A stretch of DNA of 64,000 bases from the human T2T-CHM13v2.0 reference genome, Homo sapiens: the NCBI RefSeq assembly GCF_009914755.1, contig NC_060931.1, one strand, 5' to 3'. The notes under the pieces are model-generated. The model did not search any database and had not been told where the DNA came from. It worked only from the letters and a program-made list of their open reading frames with translations. Position 1 is the stretch's first letter. The number at the start of each line of letters is the position of its first letter. This document shows, in pieces, positions 1 through 13,410 of this stretch. The position numbers and the translations under genes were made by a program.

Positions 1-2935
1 TGAAGTCAGGTAGTGTGATGCCTTAAACTTTGTTCTTTTTGTTTAAGATGGCTTTGTTTATTCAGGGTCTTCAAGAGTTCCATACAAATTTTAGGATTAT
101 TTTTTCTATTTCTGTGAAAAATGTCATTGAAATTTTGATAGGTATGCATTTAATCTGTAGATTGCTTTGAGTAGTATGGACAGGTTAACAATATTAATTC
201 TTCCAATCTGTGAACGTGGAATATCTTACCATTTATTTGTGTCTTTTTTTTCATCAATGTTTATAGTTTCAGTGTACAAGTCTTTCAGTTCTTGGTTAAA
301 TTTATTTTTAACTTTTTAAATGTTTTGTAGCTATTGTGAATGGCATTTTAAAAATTTCTTTTTCAGATAGTTCATTGTTAGTATATGGAAATGCTACTAA
401 TTTTTGTATGTTATTTTTGTTTCCTACAACTTTATTGAATTTCTATATTAGTTTTAACAGTTTTTTGGTAGAGTCTTTAATTTTTTAAAATATATTGTAA
501 TACTATGTTTTCTTCAAACAGAGAGACATATTTTCACTACTTCCTTTCTAATTTGAATGCCCTTTATTTCTTGCTCTTTTCTAATTGCTCTGGCTAAAAC
601 TTCCAGTACTATGTTGAATAGATGTGGCAAGAATGGGCATCTTTGTCTTGTTCCTGATCTTGGAGAAAGTGCTTTCAACTTTTCATTGTTGAGTTTGATG
701 TTAGCTGTGGTTTTGTCATATATGGCCTTTGTTGTGTTGAGGCACATTCCTTCTATACTTAATTTGTTGAGAATTTTTATTATGAAAGAATTTTGAATTT
801 TGTCAAATGCCTTATCTCCATCTATTGAGATGATCATATGGTTTTGTCTTTCATTCTGTTAATGTTGTGTATCATATTTATAGATTTGCATATGTTGAGC
901 CATCCTTGCACCCCACGAATAACTCCCACTTGATCATGGTGAATGATTCTTCTAATGTGCTGCTGAATTTGGCTTGCTAGTATTTTGATGAGGGTTTTTG
1001 CATCTATGTTCATCAGGAATATTGGCCTATAATTTTCTTTTTTTTTTTTTAATAGTGTCCTTGTCTGACTTTGGTTTCAGGATAACTCTGGGCTCATAAA
1101 ATGAGTTTGGAATTATTCACTCTTTTTCAATTTTTTGTAAGAATTTGAGAAAGATTGCTATTACCTCTTCTTTAAATGTTTGGTAGACTATGAAGTCAAG
1201 CCATCAGGTCCTGAGCTTTTCTTTGATGGGAGATTTTTGACTACTGATTCAGTCACCTTACGCATTATTGATCTGTTCAGATTTTCTGTTTCTTCATAAT
1301 TCAACCATGGTAGGTTTTATGTTTCTGGGAATATATCCATTTATTCTACATTGTTCTATTTGTGGCATACAATTGTTCATAGCAGTCTTTTATAATCATT
1401 GTATTTCTGTGATATCAGTTGTAATGTCTCCTCTCTCATTTCTGAGTCCTTTTTCCAAAGTCTAGCTAAAGGTTTGTTGATTTTGGCTATTTTTTCAAAA
1501 GTTTTCTTGATCTTTTCTATTGATTTTCTAGTGTCTATTTTGTTTTTTCTGCTCCAATCTTTATTATTTCCTTCTTTCTACTTAATTTCTTTTTTTTCTA
1601 GTTCCTTGAGGTATAATATTAAGCTGTTTATTTGAGATCTTTTTTTGATGTAGGCATTTATTACTACAGACTTTCCTCTTAGAACTGTTTTTGCTTCATG
1701 ACGTAAGTTTTGGTATGTTGTGTGTCCTTTTTCATTTGTCTCAAGTATATTTTGGTTTCCCTTTTAATTTCATCTTTAACCCATTAGTTGTTCAGGAGCA
1801 TGTTGTTTAATCTCTGTTTTTGTGAAAGTTTCAAATTCCTCCTGCAATTCATTTCTAGTTTCATACTATTTGGGTTGGAAAAGATACTTGATATGGTTTC
1901 AGTCTTCTTACATTTGTTAAGTCTTGTTTTGTGACCTAACATATGATCTATCCTGGATTATGTTCCATGTGCACGTGAGAAGAATGTGTATTTTGCTGCT
2001 GTTTGAATGGAATGTTCTGTTTATGTCTATTAGGTCCATTTGGTCTAAAGTGTTGTTTAAGTCATGTTTCCATATTTTTTTCCATCTGGATGATCTGCCC
2101 ATTGTCAAAAGTGGGTTATTGAAGTCCACTACTATTATTGTATTATTGCCTATGTCTCCCTTTACAACTATCAATATTTGCTTTCTATATTTAGGTGCTT
2201 GTATGTCTCTTGCTGTCTTACTTTGTGATTAGGTGATTTTTCTCTATGGCATACTTTGATTCCTTTGTTGTTGTTGTTTTTGAGACACGGTTTCGCTTTG
2301 TCGCCCAGGTTGGAGTGCGGTGGCATGATCTCGGCTCACTGAAACCTCTGCCTCCCAGGTTCAACCAATTCTCCTGCCTCGGCCTCCTGAGTAGCTGGGA
2401 TTACAGGTGTGCACTACCATGTCTGGATAACTTTTGTATTTTTAGTAGAGATGGGGTTTTACCATGTTGGCCAGGCTTGTCTTGCACTCCTGACCTCAAG
2501 TGATCTGCCTGCCTCGGCCTCCCAAAGTGCTGGGATTACAGGCACGAGCCACCATGCCCAGCCTGATTCCTTGCTTTTTGTCTTTTATGTATCTACTGTA
2601 GGGTTTTGCTTTATTGTTACCATGAGGCTTACATAAAATATTTTATAGTTATAACAGTCTATTTTAAGCTGATAATTTAACTTTGATTGCATACAGAAAC
2701 TCTATACTTTTACCCCACATCATCCACATTTTGTTTTTAGTGTCACAATGTACATCTTTTTATATTTGTATCCCTTAAGAAATAATTATAGCTATTATTA
2801 TTTTTTAGTAGTTTTGTCTGTTAACCTTCATCTCCTGTGAAGGTATTTTTGTGCATGGGTAGCTATTCTAATTGATGTTTCTATGGAGGGACAAGCACTA
2901 GAAAGTCCTATTCTGCCATGTTGCTGATGTCACTT
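1..2935 (-). mobile_element. Old L1 (L1M/L1PB-type) with ORF2 RT/EN remnants, inter-ORF region and 5' terminus
   Basis: ORF 514..837 ([15 protein letters not shown]...) matches L1 RT. ORF 1917..2174 (IIVVDFNNPL) matches L1 endonuclease. Many stops. Confidence 0.9.
2264..2563 (-). mobile_element. AluS inside L1
   Basis: Alu dimer reverse complement with TSD-like tgattcctt on both sides. Confidence 0.93.
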
Positions 2936-5021
2936 GCTCAATATTTTTTATTATTATTAGCTCAGTTATATTATTTTCTTCATCTAAAAAATATGAATTC
3001 AAAACTTTGTATTGGATTTTGATTTTAAAGAATGGTTGAGCTATCCTTGATTTCATTCCACTTGTTCTTGCAAAATCACATAAACATGAATTCCAGTGTT
3101 TGCACGTGAATGCATGCATGCATGCATGCATTTGGTGAAGGGAGGAGAGGAGGGCCTAACATTTATTGAACATTACATACCAGACACCTTGCTAGTGTTG
3201 TTTATTTTTAATAGTGGAAAAAGCTATAGAGACTATTTCTGAAAATATTTTTGAGGCTAGATATGAAATTTTCAACAGAACTACAAACAATTCTGCTGAA
3301 AGAAAGGGCCATCCTCCTGAGGAATTCAAGACTGACTTCAGTCTGGATTTAGATTTAACTTTAAATTCTCTGCTAAAGACATGACCTTCAACTTTTTTTT
3401 TCCAAGAAATGTTTTCGACAGCCTGTAAAACAAATTCAACTCACGTGAGAATGTAAATCAAGTTAGGATATGAAATCACATATGTTACTTTCTGGCTCCC
3501 TAGAAGTTTGACAGCAGAGTTTAGGTTGCAACAAGCTTCGAGATACCCGAGAAGACCTTTCATTTCAAGGTCTGAAATGATTAAATGATTAAAATTGCTC
3601 TTTAATAATTAAACATGCCATCTGTATAAGGCAGAGGGTGACCTTTCACCCATGGTCTCTCAGGCTGTTCTAGAATTTCTGCAGTTGGCACATATGGTAT
3701 CAGAAATCCATTGCTATTCTTCCTTTGAAATATTAGAAGAGCAGACTTAGAGCAGCTGTTTTTGTGCTGCCAGATTTCATTGAAATGTGGGTTTTAAAAG
3801 CCCTTGGCTTGTCATTTTGAGTTAGCTTACCTTAATCACAAATCTCACCATAATATAATTCAAGTGATGCCTGAAACTCAATACAGCAGAACATTTGCTG
3901 AACAATGCACTTAGCAATAATAACCAAGCAAAATGTACATTTTTCACTGAAATATCATTTTCATGTTATTTGTGCCCTCAAAAATGTCTAATAGATTATA
4001 AATGCTCCTTTTTCCATAACAACAAAATACCAAGGAAACAATCTTGAGTCATCATGCTCTCTTTCCCCAAGTTGGAAATATACAAGAGAATATGACATTT
4101 GGAGATCTGCTAGACTATCTGCTTTAGGATTTCAAGACTGATAGTACTACTAAAAAATTGATGCAACCCTGTCATTAAGCCAACTGTAGTAATTAGACTG
4201 CAGTTGATGAGTATACTTGTATGTTTGTCTTAAATGTCATATCAGACAACTTCCACAGTTTAGTGATTGACAGTTATAATGGTCAGAACAAAGGAATACC
4301 AGCCATCATAAACATAATTTCTCTGTGTCTGGGGGAAGGAGGTATAGACCCTGGCTGTAACAGTACTTGCTAATTAAACTGTAGTATACTGGAGACTTTT
4401 AATCTGCCTGCCTTCAACAGGCTGTTTGTTTATTAAAGTTCAACTGTTGGACTACATTCAAGGGCTTTCAGTGTTGACTTTAGTACTACTTTTGAAGATA
4501 AACATAACTCTTCACTTTCATTTAAAGCCTTTGTAAGAACTTTTAACGCTGAAAGAAAAGATAAGTGAGCTATTATTATTCTTAAAATATACTTCAAATT
4601 TTATTTTTAAAAGGCAAACTGTGGGGATTTTTCTCTTATTATTTAAATTTGTTTCTCATATAAACATATAGCCAGGAATCAGGAAAAATGATCTTGTTTG
4701 CTTTATTGTTGTATTTATTGTATTCAGGATTGGAATTTAATGTATTGAATTTCAGATGGAATTCATTGGGCATAAGGCATAACATAAAATAGAGTACAGT
4801 TGCCATTTTTTCCTCCAGCAAAATTTTAAGTCATGGAGATAAATAATGAGTATTCATTTATTTATTCAAAAATATGTATTTATTAGTTCCTCTTAAGTAC
4901 ATTTTTTTGTGTTGGAATACTTACAACCATGGATGAGACATTTAAGAACTCAATCTGTACATAAAATAGAAGAGAGGACAATTCATTTTGTGAAGGGAAG
5001 TTATGCTAACTATTCACTAGC

Positions 5022-5398
5022 TGCTATGATTTCGTCATGTCCCCCAAAGTTATGTGTTGGAAATTTAATTCCCAATGCAACAATGTTGAGAGGTGGGACC
5101 TTTAAGAGGTGATTAGGTCATGAGGGGTCTGCCCTTATGAATGGATTAATGCCATTATCTAGGGAGTCGGTTAGTTATCATGGGAGTAGGTTCCTAATAA
5201 AAAGGAGTTTGGCTCCCTTTCTTCTCTCACATGTGTGCTTTCTTCCCCTTCTGCCTTCTACCACGGGACGATGCAGCAAGAAGGCCCTTAACCTTGGACT
5301 TTCTAGCCCCCAGAACTGTGAGCCAAATAAATTTCTGTTCATTATAAATTACCTAGCCTCAGGTATTTCACTATAGCAGTACAAAACAGATCAAGACA
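5022..5398 (+). mobile_element. MaLR solo LTR (MSTC/MSTD-like)
   Basis: TG...CA termini, MST consensus blocks, 5-bp TSD ctagc/ctggc. Confidence 0.85.
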
Positions 5399-5404
5399 CT
5401 GGCT

Positions 5405-5800
5405 AACCCTCCAAATTCATTCTCCATCCTTCTCTGCCCTACGTCGACCTACAGATTGCATTATCTGAGTTTCTTTGCTCCTCTGACTTTGGGAGAATAG
5501 ATAGTAGGAGAAGAGAAAGATTTGGGTATTTATTCCCCCTACTCGCTCAGCCAAACTATGTTTCCTTTACCTTATGACCACAGCTTCTTTTGGGCAATCC
5601 TTCAGTTCTCTCTGATTTCAGCCCTTCCATTCCCTGCTCTGTCTCTTCAGTTGCAGGGATGGTAATAGCTTCTCTTCGTTGTTAGTCACTGGGTGCTTCA
5701 CCGTCCTTGGTTATTGTTACTCTTGACACACCTCTGTATTTGGTCCCTTCATTGAATTCTCTTCAATTAACCTTCCTGCTGGGCTGCTTACTGTCACAGA
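5405..5800 (+). mobile_element. ERVL-class solo LTR (LTR33-like)
   Basis: Motifs gggtatttattcccc and ggtaatagcttc...gtgcttcacc, and 3' end ttcctgctggg. Confidence 0.55.
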
Positions 5801-6248
5801 CAGGAATATGGAAGGTAAAGGAAGAGAATACAGGGATTTCTTTACCTTCAAATTTTCAGCACGTAGATCGTGATAGATCTGAACAAAGCTACTATCCAGA
5901 TAAAAAACATGCAATTTCTGTTGCTGCCAACAGATGGCATTAGTAGTCATAGTTGGTTATTTGGGGCCATGAAGTGTTCCGTTCTTGACTCTGTTAGCTG
6001 CTTTTCTCTATTTTTAGAAAATGTTTTACAAATATTAACTCCATCCACACCTGATAAATGCAAAACAGTAAGAGTATTGGGAAAAGCTATTTTAGCAGGC
6101 ATACATTTGTTTATGATAAAGCCAAGAATAGAGATTATTCAAAACAGATGGAAAATAGAAAGAAAAGAACAAAGTTTGCATATGCACAAAGAATGAACTT
6201 TTGAAAACAGGAATAATTTTAAAGGGACAGAAAAGCATTGTGTCTAAT

Positions 6249-6639
6249 TGTTATGGACTGAATTTTGTCCTCTCAAAATTCATTTATTGATGGACTAATC
6301 CCTAATGTGGCTATATTTGGAGATAGGGCTTTGAGGAGTTAATTAAGGTTAAATGAAGTCACAAGAATGGGGCCCTAACCCAACAGAACTGGTGTCCTTA
6401 TGGGAAGAGGAAAAGACAACGGGAGTATATGTGCACAGAAGAAAGACCACGTGAGGACACAGCAAAAAGGTGGCCCTCTGTGAGCCAAGGAGAGAAACCT
6501 CAGGAGAAACCAACCCTGCCAGCAATTTGATCTTGGACTTTTAGCCTCCAGAGAAGTAAATTTGTGAAAAATAAATTTCTGTTGTTAAAGCCACCCAATC
6601 TGTGGGATGTTGTTATAGCACCCCTAGCAGACCAATACA
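6249..6639 (+). mobile_element. MaLR solo LTR (MLT1A/B-like)
   Basis: tgttatggactgaat...aataaatttctgttg...ccaataca. Confidence 0.85.
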
Positions 6640-6993
6640 CAAACCCGTGGACAGTAATCCCCAAGAGACTAAGTGACTAAAGCAATGAAAAACATAGTAT
6701 TTGCATGTGTGGCTAAAGGCTCAGTATTAATATCAAATGCTTATTAGCATTAGGAGAGGGCTAGGAACTTGTTCCAAAACTGAAAATGCGGAATGACCCT
6801 GGTGGCGTCTCCCATAGCTGACTGGATGGTTATCGATGCTATGAATCCAATTAGGAAAACAGGGGAAAGAACGAATTTGATGGGGAAAATAGTCTGACTT
6901 GGGGCATACTGAGTTTGAGTTGTCTTAAGGACATTCAAGTAGAGACTTCTGAAAGAACTTGGAATATTAGACCAGAATTAAGGTGATAAATGA

Positions 6994-7333
<340 letters not shown>

Positions 7334-8668
7334 TAAAACATATGTATTGAGCACCTACTGTGTGCTAGGCACTGTCTAATGCTTAGGTTACCTCAGTGAA
7401 CAAAAGAGGCAAAAACCCCTATCTCATGGAGCTGAAATTCTACTGGACAGGAGAAAGAAAAAAACAAAAAGCAATAACATAATGAGTATGTTATACAGTA
7501 TTTTAGGAGACAATTCAATGCCTTAGGGCAACAGAGCATGCCAAGGGAATTGGAGATGCTGGTGTGAGGAGGTACAGGTTGCAATATTCTCTAAGGTCAT
7601 TCAGATTAGGTCTCATTGAGAAGATGGCATTTGAACAAAGACTTGAAGGTAAAGGAGGTAGCCGAGGGGCTGTCTGAAAAAAGTGTGGTCCAGGAGAGGG
7701 AATAAACACTGTAAAGGCCCTAGGGTGACAGCATGCCTGGTGTATCAGAGAGACAGCAAAGATTCCAGCAAGGCTGTAGCCTAATGAAAGAAGAGGAGAG
7801 TAATAGTAGATGATGACAGAGGCACAAGGTGGAGGAGGTGTCAGGTCACTCAGGCTAAGTCTTTTGTAAGGAGTTTGGGTATTACTCTGAGTGAAATGGA
7901 AGCTTCCAAATAGAGGTGTTACCAGGTCTTTCATTTTAAAATAATTACTGGCTGCTGTATTACCAATAAGCAGTGAGAAGAAGGAAGGGCAAGGGTGGGA
8001 GCAAGGAGACCAGTTGGGGCACAATTGCAGTAACAGAAGAGGAGGTAGAAGTTTGCTAATTCGAAGGTAGAGGTGATTTACTAATGAACTATATGTGGAG
8101 TTTCAGAGAATTAAAGGAATCAAGGATGACTTCAAGAGTTTTAAACTGGGAAACAAGAAGGATAAGAAAATGGATTAAAGAAAAGATCATAACTTTCAAA
8201 TGTATTGAGATGTTTGTTGCCATCTATTTGCATATGTTGAATAGGCATTCTGATATGTTTGACTGGATATTAGGAGTGAGGTTCAAGCTAAAAATATAAA
8301 TTTGGGAGTGAGCAGCACGTGGATGGTATTTACAGCCATGCTATTAATTGAGATTACCAAGATAATGAATGTACTTAGAAAAGAAAATCAAGGATTCAGT
8401 CGGGGTCACGCCAATAGTAACAGTTCTTGGAGAAAAGGAGCATCCAAAAAACAAGACTGAGTAGGAGCAACCAGAGAAGTAGGAGGAAATTTAAGAGAGC
8501 ATGGTGAACTGGAAGCCAAGTGAAAAAGATATCAAGGAAGATGGTATGATAAATTGCACCAGATGGTGTTAATAAGTCAAGGAAGATGATGGCTGAGATT
8601 TGATCTCCATGTGCTACACTGAGGTTAGCACATGGAGGTCATTAATGTCCTTGACAAGAGCAATTTTG

Positions 8669-9735
<1,067 letters not shown>

Positions 9736-9798
9736 CAAGAGCCATTTTGGTGGAGTGTGGGGGAAAAGTCTGATTGGAGAGGGTTTAAGAGACAGTTG

Positions 9799-10125
9799 GG
9801 GCCAGGTGTGGTGGCTCATGCCTGTAATTCCAGAACTCTGAGAAGCCGAGGTGGGTGGATCACCTGAGGTCAGGAGTTCGAGACCAGCCTGGCCAACATG
9901 GTAAAACCCCATCTCCATTAAAAATACAAAAATTAGCTGGGCGTGGTGGCACACACCTGTAGTTCCAGCTACTCAGGAGGCTGAGGCAGGAGAATCACTT
10001 GAACTTGGAAGATGGAGGTTGCAGTGAGCCGAGATCCACCACTGCACTCCAGCCTGGGTGAGAGAGCGTGACTCTGTCTCAAAAAAACTAAAAAAAAAAA
10101 AAAAAGAGAGAGAGAGAGAGAGAGA
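9799..10125 (+). mobile_element. AluS with A/(GA)n tail
   Basis: Alu dimer with TSD aagagaca(g/a)ttgg. Confidence 0.93.
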
Positions 10126-10403
10126 AAGAGACAATTGGATGAGCATTGAAGTAAATAATCAAGAATTCTCTTGAAAAATTTTCTGCCAAGGGGAACAATG
10201 AAGTGATTGCTAGTTAAGGAAGTGGCATTAGGACAAGGTATATAAGTGTTTTTAAAGACAGGATCAACAACAGCATGTTGATATATTGTGGGGAATGATC
10301 CTATAGAGACTGAAAAATGAGGGATGCAGAAGAGCAAGAAGAAAGTTGCTGGAGCAGTATTGTTGGGAAGATGAGTAGGGTGAGATCTAGTGCCCTCAGG
10401 CGG

Positions 10404-11499
10404 TGTATAGGGAAAATTTTCTCTGTGTTTTTTCCTCTACTCACAACACTAATCAACGATCATCAACACAGAAGATTTTGTGACCAAATATGTGGGGCTT
10501 TATTCTCCACACTCCAAGCAGCGGACATCAGCTCAGTGTCCTCTAATTCAATTCGGACACTGTCTACCCAGAGACAATGTCAGATCCTACAGGTTGAGGG
10601 CTCAGTCCCCAACACTACCCTCCCTCCTCCACCACATACCAGTTGCAAGTCCGGGCCTTTGGAACTTCTGACCAACCAGTTTCAAGGTTTTTTGTTTTTT
10701 GTTGAGACTGAGTCTTGCTCTGTTGCCCAGGCTGGAGAGCAGTGGCATGCTCTCGGCTCTGCGACCTCCACCTCCTGGGTTCAAGCAATTCTGCCTCAGC
10801 CTCCCGAGTAGCTGGGACTACAGGCAGGCACCACCACGCCCCTCTAATTTTTTTTTTTTTTGTATTTTTAGTAGAGATGGGGTTTCACCATGTTGGCCAG
10901 GCTGGTCTCACACTCCTGACCTCAAGTGATCCACTCGCCTCAGCCTCCCAAAGTGCTAGGATTTTAGGCATGTGCCACTACGCCTGACCTCAAGTTGGAG
11001 TACTCATAACCCCCTCTTTGGGTTCAATTAATTTGCTAGAGTGGCTCACAGAACTCCGGGAAACACTTACTTACATTTACTGGTTCATTATAAAGGATAT
11101 TACGAGGGAAACAGATGAAAAGACGGGTACATAGGGCAAGGTATGGGGGAAGGGGCATGGAGATTTCATGTCCTCCCTGGTGCACCACCCTCCAGGAACC
11201 TCCACATGTTCAGCTATCTGGAAGCTCACTGAACCCTTTCCTCTTGAGTTTTGATGGAAGCTTCATGATGTCAGCATTCCTTCTCCCAGGGTATAGGGTC
11301 AGACCCTCTCATGGGAGGGTCTTAAGATCCACAATCAGAAAGGCAGGGAAGCATTAGAGTCCTGCCTTGAAGCAGAAGGTCAGAGTCCCGCCCATGAGGC
11401 CTCACACACCTAACATTATCACAAAAGACTGTAACAAGGGCCATGGGAGTTAGGAACCAGGAACTGTGGATGAAAACCAATATATAACATAACACCACA
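10404..11499 (-). mobile_element. MER21-type solo LTR with an internal Alu
   Basis: Reverse strand begins tgtggtgttatgttatatattggttttcatccacagttcctgg, as MER21 does. 5-bp TSD ggcgg/ggcag. Confidence 0.8.
10688..10990 (-). mobile_element. AluS inside MER21
   Basis: Alu dimer reverse complement. Confidence 0.92.
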
Positions 11500-11961
11500 G
11501 GCAGGTTTGGCTTTGAAACGGAGCATGAAGGAAAGCAGAAATGTGAGTGCAAACACAGGTAAATATTGAGTTGGAGGCTGGGGAAAGTTCCTTCTGGCTG
11601 GTTTCATTTTTTCTGAGGCAGTATAAACAAGGTCATCAGCTAAGAGTGGTTTGGAAGTGTGACAAGTGGCAGTTGTTATGTTGGGGGTGTGTGAGATTGC
11701 TGATTCCAAGTTGGCCAGAGTTGGGACTACCTTCCTTCTCTGGGCAGGATGGTACTTTTGATGAGGCAATGAAGCCTCAGTCATAAGGCACTGAGACACT
11801 GAGGCCAGCTCAAGGGTTTCAGGCATCATGGGTTGTGATGTCACTTTCTCAACCCTCTGCCTAATGTGGGATGTTGCAACTCCCTGAATAGATTCAGGGA
11901 CCCAGAGCTGGTGAGGTACACATTTGGGCCAGGGGAGGAAGCAGTAGGCATACCAAGGTGA

Positions 11962-12547
<586 letters not shown>

Positions 12548-12558
12548 CCCTTATATTT

Positions 12559-12605
<47 letters not shown>

Positions 12606-12606
12606 G

Positions 12607-12647
<41 letters not shown>

Positions 12648-12660
12648 GATAGACAGATAA
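12559..12660. repeat. (GATA)n tetranucleotide STR with one GGTA interruption
   Basis: More than 20 GATA units read directly. Confidence 0.97.
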
Positions 12661-13410
12661 TGTTTGTATATTTTGCAAATGTGGATATGTGTTTGTATAT
12701 ATAAATACAAAACATATATATGTGGAAATGTACTTGTAGATAGGAGAAGCAAGAGAGCAAACATGATTTATGAAAAAAAGGAGCTTTATACACGGGATTT
12801 GTAGACTCACATTGTCCCCTTCCTCATTGCGGATATTGAGATCAACTCCAGGAAAGGGCATGAGAACCTTCCTTAAGAACAATAATTGCAAATCTGTTAC
12901 CATCATCTTTCCTGCCTATCAGGAGTCTTAATATGTTACTGTCAAGGGATGCTCAAGAGACAGAAACCATAACTCAAACTGGCTTAAACCAATGGTGAAT
13001 TTATTGACTTGGATAGTGATAATGGAACAACCTGACTCCAGGCATGATCTGATCCAGTGTCCAGATGGATCACCAGAACCTGTTTCTTTTTCTGAAACAA
13101 CTCCATTTTCATGCTGGCTCTCTCCTTATGAGGTGGGGTTTTCTGAGAAGCAGATGCCAAGACAGGATTAGATATGGTTATGGTTTGGATCTCCATGTAT
13201 CAATGCAACTCAGGCCCTGTGTCCAGTAATTTTTAAAATGTCAAGTATTCCACTTTTCCTGGTGTACAGACCCCCTAGTAAGTGGTGGTAAGGACTGGGA
13301 GAATTATAGCATATATTTGTAGCAATATTGCAGAGTCCCTTCTAGGAACCTGGCCACCTCTTCATTCAATGGGTCTGGATCTGAAAATTAAATAAAGTTT
13401 GGGAAGTGAG

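Noticed and set aside
514-2174. RT- and endonuclease-like ORFs
   Set aside because: Fragmented old L1 ORF2 with stops and frameshifts, not an active or novel RT system.
7515-8024. 169-aa minus-strand ORF
   Set aside because: Lies within an L2 fragment, with no start context or domain evidence.
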